From contig JACIYB010000001.1 in the NCBI GenBank assembly GCA_014360155.1, positions 1-61,272 on the forward strand: a stretch of 61,272 nucleotides of DNA. Reading direction: 5' to 3'. The stretch is from Syntrophomonadaceae bacterium (GTDB lineage Bacteria; Bacillota; Syntrophomonadia; Syntrophomonadales; Syntrophomonadaceae). The notes under the pieces are model-generated. The model ran no database searches. It saw only the letters and a list, made by a program, of their open reading frames with translations, and was not told the DNA's origin. Shown here in pieces: positions 40,420 to 49,956 of this stretch. A program made the position numbers and the translations under genes. Each line of letters opens with the position of its first letter. The stretch's first letter is position 1.

Positions 40420-41715
40420 ATGAAAGATAAAGAATATATTGTTTTTGATCCAAGAGACTTTATCCGTAGCCCCTTTTGGACATGCCCTAAATGTGGTGCT
40501 ACAGATAGTTTTGGTGTATTAATGATCTGCGCAAATCATTATGTAAGAAGATGTAAAAACTGCAGATTTGATGATTCATTCTCTCTTCCAAAACTAAACA
40601 AAAAAATATTATATATTGATCAAATGGCTATTAGTAACATGATGAAAGCTTTGAATCCAGCAACTAAAGCCTACCAAAAAGGAACTGTTGATAATTTCTG
40701 GTTTGAAATGTTCGAGAAGCTTGATACATTAGTAAAGTTACAGGTTTTAATTTGTCCAGACTCATGTTCTCATATGGATGAATCAATCTTGTCTGCTTTT
40801 TACCAGCCATTGAAGCGTATGTATGAATTACTTTCTCATGGTGTCTCTTTTTATGACAGTCAAACGATAAAGCGCTTTCAGATTATAAATCATGTAGAAA
40901 AATACATCTCTGGCAAGTCAGCTGAAATCGATTTAGATATTCACAGAATAGTACATGGAAATATTAATGACTGGCAGGATAGATTTATTATATCTGTTTC
41001 ATCAAATATAGGTGAAGAGTTGATAGATGAGATTCGAGAGCATAGAGAAAAAGCGCATGAACAGTTTGTGGAAATTGCTAAATACTGGCAATCATGCAAA
41101 GACAAAAGTTTTCAGGATTTCTTTGAGACAGAAGCTAAGGCTTTTGGTGAAACTAATATTCAGGTTTATTTAAGATTCAACGAAAGAATAGCTTATCTTG
41201 CAAAAAACCCAGATAAAATTATGTCACCTTTAGAGTTTATGCCTCCTGATGCGGTTGTTTTAATAAATGAAATAGCATCACATTTTATAAAAGCAGGCGT
41301 CTCGGAGTCGGAGGGGTTAGTTCAGGCTTTTAAATACTTAACATCCCCTAGTATGAGAGATATCCCTTTCATAAAAATATCTTCAATGCTATATGCAGCC
41401 CTGGCTAGAAAATATGTATCAGGTCGAAAAAAACCGCCTAATCAAGGGATGTTTACAGATATTGAAACAATTTCCCTACTGCTACCTTATTGTGATGCGA
41501 TGTTTATAGATAACGAATGCCATGGATACTTACAAGAAAACCCACTAAAAGAAAGCATTAATTATAATGCAAGAACATTTTGTCAAAATACTAAAAAGGA
41601 GTTTTTCGAATATCTTGATAAAATTTTTTCAGATATATCGCCTGAACACATAAGTAAGGTCCAAGAGGTATATGGAAGCGATTGGCCCCAACCATATACA
41701 AGTCTTTATAAATAA
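40420..41715 (+). CDS. Hypothetical protein with an N-terminal CxxC...CxxC Zn ribbon (431 aa)
   Basis: CPKCGATDSFGVLMICANHYVRRCKNCRF. Acidic motifs ILYIDQMAISN, HMDES, FTDIETIS and MFIDNE are weakly PIN-like. It starts only 21 nt after the helicase gene. Confidence 0.6.
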   Translation: MKDKEYIVFDPRDFIRSPFWTCPKCGATDSFGVLMICANHYVRRCKNCRFDDSFSLPKLNKKILYIDQMAISNMMKALNPATKAYQKGTVDNFWFEMFEKLDTLVKLQVLICPDSCSHMDESILSAFYQPLKRMYELLSHGVSFYDSQTIKRFQIINHVEKYISGKSAEIDLDIHRIVHGNINDWQDRFIISVSSNIGEELIDEIREHREKAHEQFVEIAKYWQSCKDKSFQDFFETEAKAFGETNIQVYLRFNERIAYLAKNPDKIMSPLEFMPPDAVVLINEIASHFIKAGVSESEGLVQAFKYLTSPSMRDIPFIKISSMLYAALARKYVSGRKKPPNQGMFTDIETISLLLPYCDAMFIDNECHGYLQENPLKESINYNARTFCQNTKKEFFEYLDKIFSDISPEHISKVQEVYGSDWPQPYTSLYK

Positions 41716-41779
41716 TATTGGCATAGAAGACGGAGTCTAGTTTTATAAGTCCAACTTTTGGTAAGCAAGGAGGTGCAAC

Positions 41780-42772
41780 GTGTACAATATCAAGGGTAAA
41801 AAAGCAGAAAAAATTGAAGCTGTAACTTTTTCTGATTTAGGCATGCAGGAAAACGATATAGAAGAAATTCTTAGATGTAGCGTTGACATGTTATGTGACG
41901 ATGAAGACTCAATGCTTATAGTTGGGCGCCAGGTTAAGAATGACAAGTTGGGCAGAAGCGACCTTACAGCAGTGGATAATAATGGGAACATTGTATTAAT
42001 TGAAATTAAAAGGGACCGCAAGGATATTGAAGGCAGGAAAGAGTCCTTTGAATTTCAAGCTATACGTTACGCTGCAAGCTATGCCACCATTGAGAGCCCG
42101 GATGATCTTGTAAAAAAAGTCTATGCGCCTTACATTGAAAAATATCGCAGCGAATTTGAACTAGGAGAGCTTACTTCTTATGAGCTTGGAATTAGGAAAT
42201 TAAATGAGTTTTTAAGGATTAATGAAGCTGAAAAGAACTTCAATAAAAAACAAAAGATAATATTGGTTGCCTCGGATTTTGATGAGCAGACACTTTCAGC
42301 GGTGGCCTGGCTAAATAGCAATAATGTGGATATGAGCTGCTTCAAGCTTACTCCATATAAGCTCCAGGAAAATGTTTATTTGCATACAGAAAAACTGCTT
42401 CCGGTAACTAAATGCGATGACTACTATGTAAACCTTATGGACAAAACCCTACCCGCTAATGTAAAGAAAAATAAAGATATTACCAGGCGCTCACTTCCTA
42501 AAATTGATGCAATGCTCGATTGGGGAGTTGTAAAAGAAGGTGATACTATTATTGCAAAAGGCAGAGAAGAGGAAGGAACCCTTCTCGCTAATGGAAATGT
42601 CATGGCTGATGGCAAAGAAAAATCCATGCAAGTGTGGTTAAAGGAAATTTATGGCTGGTCCAGTGTTCAAACTTATGTGTTTGCAGTTCATAAAGAAAGC
42701 GGAAAAACACTATCGCAGATACGAGAAGAATATATGGAGCAGCAGGCAAAGAAAACTGCAGAAGAAGCGTAA
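41780..42772 (+). CDS. NucS-like PD-(D/E)xK endonuclease-domain protein (330 aa)
   Basis: GTG start after an AAGGAGG RBS. Motif RSDLTAVDNNGNIVLIEIKRD...FQAIRYAASY. The C-terminal ~90 aa domain is unassigned. Confidence 0.65.
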   Translation: MYNIKGKKAEKIEAVTFSDLGMQENDIEEILRCSVDMLCDDEDSMLIVGRQVKNDKLGRSDLTAVDNNGNIVLIEIKRDRKDIEGRKESFEFQAIRYAASYATIESPDDLVKKVYAPYIEKYRSEFELGELTSYELGIRKLNEFLRINEAEKNFNKKQKIILVASDFDEQTLSAVAWLNSNNVDMSCFKLTPYKLQENVYLHTEKLLPVTKCDDYYVNLMDKTLPANVKKNKDITRRSLPKIDAMLDWGVVKEGDTIIAKGREEEGTLLANGNVMADGKEKSMQVWLKEIYGWSSVQTYVFAVHKESGKTLSQIREEYMEQQAKKTAEEA

Positions 42773-42803
42773 AAGTGCATGGTGATGAAAAGAGGGATCA
42801 ATT

Positions 42804-43560
42804 GTGGCGCTGTATGAAAAATCAGTCAAACTCCTTTTCCGAGATATGATAAAAGACCTCGCTATTCAAAAAGGAGAAGTTATAGAGAGAGACAAAATAA
42901 ATTCCTGGTTCAAGACAAAATATCCACTCATAAAGCCTGGCACTATCTCAGCTCATATGCTTAAGTTGTCAACTAATGCCCCAAGCCGAATACATTACAA
43001 CGTTGATTCAAATGGTAAAAAAGATGATCTTTTTTTTTCAGATTGATAGCAAAAAGTTCCGACTCTACGACCAATCTTCTGATCCAGACCCTATCTATTT
43101 CAGACAAAAAGAAGATGAGAAAATAACGCCAGAACATGAAGGATCAGAAGAAGAGAATGGGAATGAATTCGCCTATGAGAAAGATCTTCAGAATTTCTTG
43201 GCAAAGAATCTATCCCTTATTGAGCCGGGTCTATCATTATATTTGGAAGAGGAAATCAGCGGTATCGAATTCCCGGTAGGGAACCGATTCATCGATATAT
43301 TGGCAATCGATAGTAATAATAATTATGTGGTTATAGAACTTAAGGTATCGCGTGGATACGACAGGGTTGTAGGCCAAATCCTTCGCTATATGGCATGGAT
43401 CAGAAAAAACCATGCGGAAGAAAGTCAGAAAGTACGGGGCATAATAATCGCCCGCGAGATTTCGGATGATCTTCTGCTAGCATGTTCTGAGATAAATAAT
43501 GTTGAGTTGTACGAATATAACTTATCGATAACGTTGAATAAAATAAAGAAAAATAGGTAA
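42804..43560 (+). pseudogene. NucS-like PD-(D/E)xK endonuclease-domain protein split by a +1 frameshift in a T9 tract
   Basis: ORFs 42804-43046 and 42976-43560 join seamlessly if one T is removed (…KKDDLFFQIDSKKFRLYD…). The C-terminal part has RFIDILAIDSNNNYVVIELKVSRGYDRVVGQILRYMAW. Confidence 0.75.
43030..43038 (+). repeat. T9 homopolymer at the frameshift site
   Basis: gatc-ttttttttt-cagattg. Nine consecutive T. Confidence 0.95.
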
Positions 43561-43644
43561 CTACCGCATCAACAGCACCAAGATATTATTAGCAAAAGCC
43601 GGCAGAAAATATTGGTCATGTAACTTTGACGGGGAGTTGAGAAG

Positions 43645-44871
43645 ATGGGCCGTATTCAACTGGGCTGGATCGATTATTCTTCGGAACACCGCAATAAAGT
43701 GATGGCGGTGTTGCATGCACTGACAGCTCCGGGGGCTGTCGACGAGCTTGGCATCGGCCAGATTCGAGACGGCTTTGCAAACCTGCTTTTCCCAGGTACA
43801 TCCACCATTCAGACCCGGGCAAAATATTTTTTTATTGTACCTTACCTATTAATGGAGTTGGAGCAGCAGCGCCACCTGACACCAAAATCTTTCCTTCAGA
43901 AGTTAAATGAGATGGAACTGGACATCATTGAACCTTTAAAAAAGAATGGAGAAAAGGGTGTAATTGGCGAAACCGCAGGGAGGGGATTGAAAAGAAAGCC
44001 CTCCAGTATCTATTGGAGTGGACTGCGCACCCTGGGCATGTTTCGCTACCCCCCTTTTTCCCTGGAGGATTATGCCCGGGCGACATGTGCTGTAAGTCAG
44101 GAACTGGCAACCCAACGGGCCATGGGGCGACGAACGGACGATGAGCAGGCACAGGATGATCCGGATGCTTACCAGAGTCCGGTGCCGGGCGGCTTTTGGC
44201 GCTGTCTTCCACCGCCGGAAGACTGGCGTAAGCAGATTACTATCCAATTGTCGGCTGAAGAAGCGGCTTATTTAAAAGATCGCATAAATAAAGCCCCTTT
44301 AACTCGAAATTCTCTCTTTGCCTATCTTGTAAACAAGGACCTGGAAACAATCCAGGCGATTCAAGATATTGAAGCCCTGGGGCAGCTATTTGATTTGCCG
44401 GACTATATCCGTTCGGTCTATGATATGGCCATGCGGTTCTCTGATTTTATTTATGGAGCAACTTTGCGCTACAATGTGATTCTTTCGGGCGGTGAAAACA
44501 AAAGGGCGCTGGAGGGCTGGGAAACCTGGTGCCAGTCAGCCTTTGCAACTCGTTCTTTTGCCGGGTATGACCCTAATGAAGCGATAGATTACCTGAGGGT
44601 TAATAATTATCGATTGCGCAGATTCCTACGGCAGTGGCATGAAAGCTACATGTCAGGTGATATCAATGCGGTGGATGAGTTGATCGTGCAGCGGGAAATT
44701 GAAATCAAGTCGCGTCAACGGGCCAAACTGCGCAACCCGTCTATGTATGTGTACCGGGAGGGAGATGGCATGCGGGGCGGCAAGTTGGATTACCGCTATA
44801 GTAATGCCAGGGTCATTCTCATAGATATTTTTAATGGATTGGAGAAAGGCCATGCTGAGACCGTCCAGTGA
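43645..44871 (+). CDS. Hypothetical protein (408 aa), first gene of the PLD-helicase operon; possibly DUF6361-like
   Basis: N-terminus LGWIDYSSEHRNKVMAVLHAL...VDELGIGQIRDGFANLLFPGTSTIQTRAKYFFIVPYL. I recognised no catalytic motif, and the family name is recollection only. Confidence 0.6.
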   Translation: MGRIQLGWIDYSSEHRNKVMAVLHALTAPGAVDELGIGQIRDGFANLLFPGTSTIQTRAKYFFIVPYLLMELEQQRHLTPKSFLQKLNEMELDIIEPLKKNGEKGVIGETAGRGLKRKPSSIYWSGLRTLGMFRYPPFSLEDYARATCAVSQELATQRAMGRRTDDEQAQDDPDAYQSPVPGGFWRCLPPPEDWRKQITIQLSAEEAAYLKDRINKAPLTRNSLFAYLVNKDLETIQAIQDIEALGQLFDLPDYIRSVYDMAMRFSDFIYGATLRYNVILSGGENKRALEGWETWCQSAFATRSFAGYDPNEAIDYLRVNNYRLRRFLRQWHESYMSGDINAVDELIVQREIEIKSRQRAKLRNPSMYVYREGDGMRGGKLDYRYSNARVILIDIFNGLEKGHAETVQ

Positions 44872-46639
44872 CAGATTAAATTACGGCGATTTACTCATAC
44901 CGCCGCCGGAATACCAGGCAGATTTCGCTTTAGGCACCACCTACAGCCTGGACTTGGAGGCACTGGTGGGTTTGCCCCTGGCTCTGTTTTTGTCTGAAGA
45001 AATGAACAAGAGCCTGTTAAATAATCCGATTGTAGCTCTGGAGGGTTTGCGCCGCAGTGCGGAGCGGTTTGCCGTCTTGTGCGAAGGCGGCCAAATTAAA
45101 GTGCCGCAAAACCAAAATACGGTGTTTTCTCTTTTGGAGGATAGTGTCTTTGAAGTAGTGCTGCCGAATAATTGGTCATTTCATCCGAAAATCTGGCTGA
45201 TCCGCTATCAGGGCGAGAGGAAACAGCCCCTCTACCGCCTTTTGGTGTTGAGCCGGAACCTGACCTTTGACAGAAGCTGGGACATGGCGGTATGTCTGGA
45301 AGGAAGATTAGCTGAAGGGGCAGAAGATGAAGCAGCAGCAAAACAGAATATGCCGCTCATAGCTTTTGTAGAATATCTGCAGGCAAGAGTAAAGAACCGC
45401 AAGAAGCGGGGTCAGATCTCAAAAACGCTGGAAGAACTGAAACAGGTCCGGTTCGAAACCAATGATCCTCATTATTCTGATTTCTCTTTTCATCCCTTGG
45501 GGATTCCGGGACATACAAAGCAGCCGAGTGAACTTTTTGATACATACAAGGACTTACTTGTTATCTCACCTTTTCTCAGCAAGGGCATGGTAGAAAGATT
45601 TAAGAAGCTGGCTCTCTCCGATTCTACCCGCACGTTAATAACGCGACGGACAGAAATTGCAAAACTGTCTCAGGAGATGCTGGAAGCATTTGATGTGTAT
45701 GGCCTGAAAGAAATGGTGGTAGAGGGAGAAGAGGGGTTGAGCGGTGACGATTTAAATGATGAAGCTTATCAAAACCAGGATATTCATGCCAAGTTTTACG
45801 CCCGTTCCAAGTACAGTCAGCACTCATTTTTCGTTGGTTCTGCCAACTGTTCTGAAAGTGCTTTTAGCGGTAACGTGGAATTCTTGTTGCAGCTGCGCTA
45901 CCGCAAACATGGATTTAAGATCCAACACCTGTTGGACGACTTATTCGGCAAAGATGACAAGGACAATCCTTTTGAACTGATTAAGGAGTTACCGGAAGTT
46001 GATACGCCTGATACTACTGCTTCTGATTTGCTGGAAAAAGCCATTAAGCAGCTATGCCGCACCCGTTCCAAGGCAAGGGTAATAAAAGAAGGCCAGCAAT
46101 ATCGAGTAAAGATTGAGTTTGCAAAAATTCCGGAAGAGGTGGATTTAACCATTGCCTCTATAACAGGGATACAGCCGGTTAAGCTGGAACCAGTAACAAT
46201 ACTACCCCTCCTGCCATTAGAGCAACTAAGTGAGTTTTACCAGGTGACCGCCTGCAAAGAAGAAACTGCTGTACGACGGATAATCAAGATCAAAACCACC
46301 GGTATCCCAGAGGAGCGGGATAAAGCAGTTTTTAGGTCAATCATCCGGGACCGAGATACATTTATGAAGTACGTGGCTTTTTTGCTGTCCGATAGCCTGC
46401 TTCTTTCCAGCCTGGAGCAAATGGACGCCGAACGGTTGGGTAAAGGCAAATGGAATGTTAGCTGGTTGCAGGCGCCAGTCTTATATGAGAATATGCTGAA
46501 AACTGTGGCTAGGGAACCGGAACGCTTAAAAGAGATTGAACGGGTGATAAAGTTAATCGATGATCAGGAGATAATTCCGGAGGATTTTAATGAACTGTAT
46601 CAAATTTTCAGCCAGGCAGCAAAGAAGGTGAAAAGATGA
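44852..46639 (+). CDS. Phospholipase D-family nuclease with two HKD motifs
   Basis: HKD 1 is SFHPKIWLIRY...LSRNLT. HKD 2 is IHAKFYARS...FVGSANCSESAF. The ATG at 44852 follows a GGAGAAAGG RBS and overlaps the upstream gene by 20 nt (the track ORF starts at 44834). Confidence 0.85.
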   Translation: MLRPSSDRLNYGDLLIPPPEYQADFALGTTYSLDLEALVGLPLALFLSEEMNKSLLNNPIVALEGLRRSAERFAVLCEGGQIKVPQNQNTVFSLLEDSVFEVVLPNNWSFHPKIWLIRYQGERKQPLYRLLVLSRNLTFDRSWDMAVCLEGRLAEGAEDEAAAKQNMPLIAFVEYLQARVKNRKKRGQISKTLEELKQVRFETNDPHYSDFSFHPLGIPGHTKQPSELFDTYKDLLVISPFLSKGMVERFKKLALSDSTRTLITRRTEIAKLSQEMLEAFDVYGLKEMVVEGEEGLSGDDLNDEAYQNQDIHAKFYARSKYSQHSFFVGSANCSESAFSGNVEFLLQLRYRKHGFKIQHLLDDLFGKDDKDNPFELIKELPEVDTPDTTASDLLEKAIKQLCRTRSKARVIKEGQQYRVKIEFAKIPEEVDLTIASITGIQPVKLEPVTILPLLPLEQLSEFYQVTACKEETAVRRIIKIKTTGIPEERDKAVFRSIIRDRDTFMKYVAFLLSDSLLLSSLEQMDAERLGKGKWNVSWLQAPVLYENMLKTVAREPERLKEIERVIKLIDDQEIIPEDFNELYQIFSQAAKKVKR

Positions 46640-49600
46640 TTGATCTGGCAGCAAAAGAAAAAGAAATACTGTCGGGCTTGAAAGATTTCCAACTGGCAAC
46701 GGTAAACAGAGTAGATGATTTATTCCGAAACGGGTACCACCGTGTCCTGGTAGCGGATGAAGTAGGCCTGGGAAAAACACTGGTGGCCAAAGGTGTTATT
46801 GCGAAAATGTCCTGCTTTCATCAGAAAAGATCTATGAAAGACTTGTTTAAAGTAGTTTATGTTTGTTCCAATCAGAGCATTGCCGGGCAAAATCTAAAAA
46901 AATTAAAGGTGCATCCGGGGGTCAAAGTGGACGGACTTTCAGATACCCGCTTGTCGATGCAGCATCTGAAGATCTATGAACAGATGCATGATCCTACCAT
47001 CCGGGAAGGTTTTGTGCAGCTTATTCCATTAACACCAGGCACTTCTTTTACCATGACGGGCGGCTGTGGCAGTGTGCTGGAGCGAGCACTTATTTATGCC
47101 ATTTTCCGACACATTTATTTCTTTAAGCCATATTTACCACAGCTGGAGGAATTAATGACATCCTATGCGATGAAGAGCTGGCCGTACTGGTCAAACAGAT
47201 TCGAACAGCTTGTGCTAGAGGTGGATCAAAAAAGTGACGGAGCTTATTTACACCATATACTGAAAAAAGTAAGTGACCGCCTGGAGGCAGACCCTGAATT
47301 GTTAAGGTTGGCAGAAAAAGTATTTGCTTCTATAGAGACAATCGGCTACCTCAAAACTCAAAAAGCCAACTACCTGATTTCGCAGTTTCGTAAAATGATG
47401 GCTGAAATCAGCGTGGAGATGATGGACGCCGATCTGGTCATTATGGACGAGTTCCAGCGTTTTCCAGAACTCATAAAACTGGACGAAGATAACGAAACGG
47501 CCATGCTGGCCCGTCGGTTTTTCAGTCCAGAAATAGAGAAAAAACATCACCCTTACATTCTTCTGTTGTCGGCGACTCCCTATAAATTGTATTCCACCCT
47601 GGAGGAAATTCGGGAAAACCGCAAGGATGAACATTATGAAGAATTCATGCAGGTGATGCACTTTCTTTTTGAACACCAGGCGGATCTGCGCCAGAAATTT
47701 AACATTACCTGGAAAAACTACTCCTTGACATTAAATGAAGCTTCTTATCGCGATACGGCGCTTATAGTAGCACGCAAGCGAGAGGCGGAAGAATGTCTGT
47801 ATAATGGGGTCTGTCGGACGGAGCGCATGAAGGTGCCAGGAGCGTCAGACTTAATTGATGTAGAAACCAGAAATGGATCGCTAAAGGTACAGGAAGATGA
47901 TATTCTGTCCTTTGTGGAGATGGACAAAGCGCTTTCTGCGGTAGGACTAAGCGGGGCAGCTTCGGTAGAATACATTAAGTCTGCGCCCTTCATCATGTCG
48001 TTTATGCAGCACTACAAACTGAAACAGAAGCTGCAGGACAAACTGAAGTTAGAGCCAGAGAAGCTACCGCTGCTGAAAAGTCAGAGACTGTGGGTAAATC
48101 GCAAGAAGGTTGCTAGATACAAAGACTTAAAGGTGAACCATGCCCGCTATAATAAGCTGCGGGAAGTGGCACTGCCACCTCAGGCAGAAAAACTGCTGTG
48201 GGTACCGCCCGCGCGGCCATATTACCCGATGGGTGGACCGTTTAAAAGCCAAGAAGGTTTTTCCAAGACACTGGTCTTTTCGGCATGGGAAATGGTTCCG
48301 CGGGCCATCGCCGCCTTATTATCCTATGAAGCAGAACGTTTGACTGTCGGTGAGCTGATTCGTAAAACACCAAAAACTGAGCATGAAAACCGCAGCTATT
48401 TTGCTAAAAATAGGTTTCCGGCGCCCAGGATTAAATTTGCCATGAAGAACAACGAACCGGAGAATATGAATCATTTGTGTCTATTGTATCCTTCTGCGAC
48501 CCTGGCTTCTCTTTATGACCCAATAGGTGGAATGAATCGCGGCTTAAACCTGCGACAAATTCGCACAGAAATTCGTCAAATAATTAAAGACCAACTGGAG
48601 CAGATGAAGTTTCATATACAGCGAGGAGATCAGCGGCAGGACGAACGGTGGTATTACATGGCGCCACTGCTGATGGACCAAAAACATCCAGGTATGGAGG
48701 CATGGTTTCAAAACCTGGTATTGCGAAACTTAACAGAAGGTTTGGACGGAGTGGACAGGTATGAGGATGATAAAGGGATTATTTCCAAACATCTGCAACA
48801 GCTGAAAAGATTGTATGATGAACCGGGATTGCTGAACATGGGTCGGATGCCCCGGGATCTCGAAGAGGTCCTTGTAAATATGGCTATTGCTTCCCCGGCA
48901 GTGTGTGCGCTGAGAATGCTGGATCCTGGTACCCCAGGCTCAGTGGATTTGGCATTGCAGCTGGCAAAAACCATAGTGGACCGTTTTAATACTCAAGAGG
49001 CCATTGCCATCGTGGATTTATCATATGGTAAGGCGGGTGAGGGGGTTCATTGGAAGAGTATCCTGCGGTATTGTATGGACGGAAATCTGCAAGCCGTCCT
49101 GGATGAATATGCCCATATGTTGTTAGAAGGATACGATTTCAGCCAATGGGAACGTAAAGAGCGCAATGTCGTGCTGATTAAAGATATGACCCGGACACTG
49201 AAGACCCATACAGCCAGTTACAGTGTGGATACCTACCAGCATTTCAGTGATAGTATTAAGGATCCTAAAAAAATAAGCCGTAAAGAGCGCTATATGCGCA
49301 TGCGTTCCAGTTATGCCGTCGGATTTTATGACACTAAAAGTGAAGGTAAAAGCGTTCAGCGGAAAGATAATATCCGATTAAGTTTTAATTCACCTTTCCG
49401 ACCTTTTGTCCTGGCCACTACCTCTATTGGACAAGAAGGGCTGGACTTTCATTACTATTGTCGTAATGTTGTTCATTGGAATCTGCCAGGAAACCCCATT
49501 GATTTGGAGCAGCGGGAAGGGCGTATCAACCGTTATAAATGCCATGCTATCCGACAGAATATCGCCTTTAAATATGGGAAAATGTTCTTCCAATCGGACA

Positions 49601-49956
49601 TTTGGCAGGAAATGTTTAACCAGGCCCAAAAACAAGAAAGCAACAGTGAGACCAGTGACCTTGTCCCTTTCTGGTGTTTGCCAGAGCAGGAGAATGAACC
49701 GCAGCCCTTCAAAATCCAGCGGGTTATTCCACTGTACCCCATGAGCAGAGACAGCGCTCGCTATGAACGCCTGATCAAGATTCTCTCATTATACCGGTTA
49801 AGCCTTGGACAGGCTAGACAGGAAGAACTAATTGATTACCTTTTCGAGAGAGGATTTGAGGAGATGGGGGAACTTTTTATGAATTTAAGTCCATACTTTA
49901 AGGAAGGACGAGGTAAACCTGGAATAGCAAAAGATAGCAAGGAGAACAAATCATGA
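46636..49956 (+). CDS. SNF2/DEAD-like superfamily 2 helicase (1106 aa)
   Basis: ATGA overlap with the PLD stop. Motif I VADEVGLGKT, II LVIMDEFQRF, III LLLSATPYK, V TTSIGQEGLDF, VI EQREGRINRY. Confidence 0.88.
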   Translation: MIDLAAKEKEILSGLKDFQLATVNRVDDLFRNGYHRVLVADEVGLGKTLVAKGVIAKMSCFHQKRSMKDLFKVVYVCSNQSIAGQNLKKLKVHPGVKVDGLSDTRLSMQHLKIYEQMHDPTIREGFVQLIPLTPGTSFTMTGGCGSVLERALIYAIFRHIYFFKPYLPQLEELMTSYAMKSWPYWSNRFEQLVLEVDQKSDGAYLHHILKKVSDRLEADPELLRLAEKVFASIETIGYLKTQKANYLISQFRKMMAEISVEMMDADLVIMDEFQRFPELIKLDEDNETAMLARRFFSPEIEKKHHPYILLLSATPYKLYSTLEEIRENRKDEHYEEFMQVMHFLFEHQADLRQKFNITWKNYSLTLNEASYRDTALIVARKREAEECLYNGVCRTERMKVPGASDLIDVETRNGSLKVQEDDILSFVEMDKALSAVGLSGAASVEYIKSAPFIMSFMQHYKLKQKLQDKLKLEPEKLPLLKSQRLWVNRKKVARYKDLKVNHARYNKLREVALPPQAEKLLWVPPARPYYPMGGPFKSQEGFSKTLVFSAWEMVPRAIAALLSYEAERLTVGELIRKTPKTEHENRSYFAKNRFPAPRIKFAMKNNEPENMNHLCLLYPSATLASLYDPIGGMNRGLNLRQIRTEIRQIIKDQLEQMKFHIQRGDQRQDERWYYMAPLLMDQKHPGMEAWFQNLVLRNLTEGLDGVDRYEDDKGIISKHLQQLKRLYDEPGLLNMGRMPRDLEEVLVNMAIASPAVCALRMLDPGTPGSVDLALQLAKTIVDRFNTQEAIAIVDLSYGKAGEGVHWKSILRYCMDGNLQAVLDEYAHMLLEGYDFSQWERKERNVVLIKDMTRTLKTHTASYSVDTYQHFSDSIKDPKKISRKERYMRMRSSYAVGFYDTKSEGKSVQRKDNIRLSFNSPFRPFVLATTSIGQEGLDFHYYCRNVVHWNLPGNPIDLEQREGRINRYKCHAIRQNIAFKYGKMFFQSDIWQEMFNQAQKQESNSETSDLVPFWCLPEQENEPQPFKIQRVIPLYPMSRDSARYERLIKILSLYRLSLGQARQEELIDYLFERGFEEMGELFMNLSPYFKEGRGKPGIAKDSKENKS

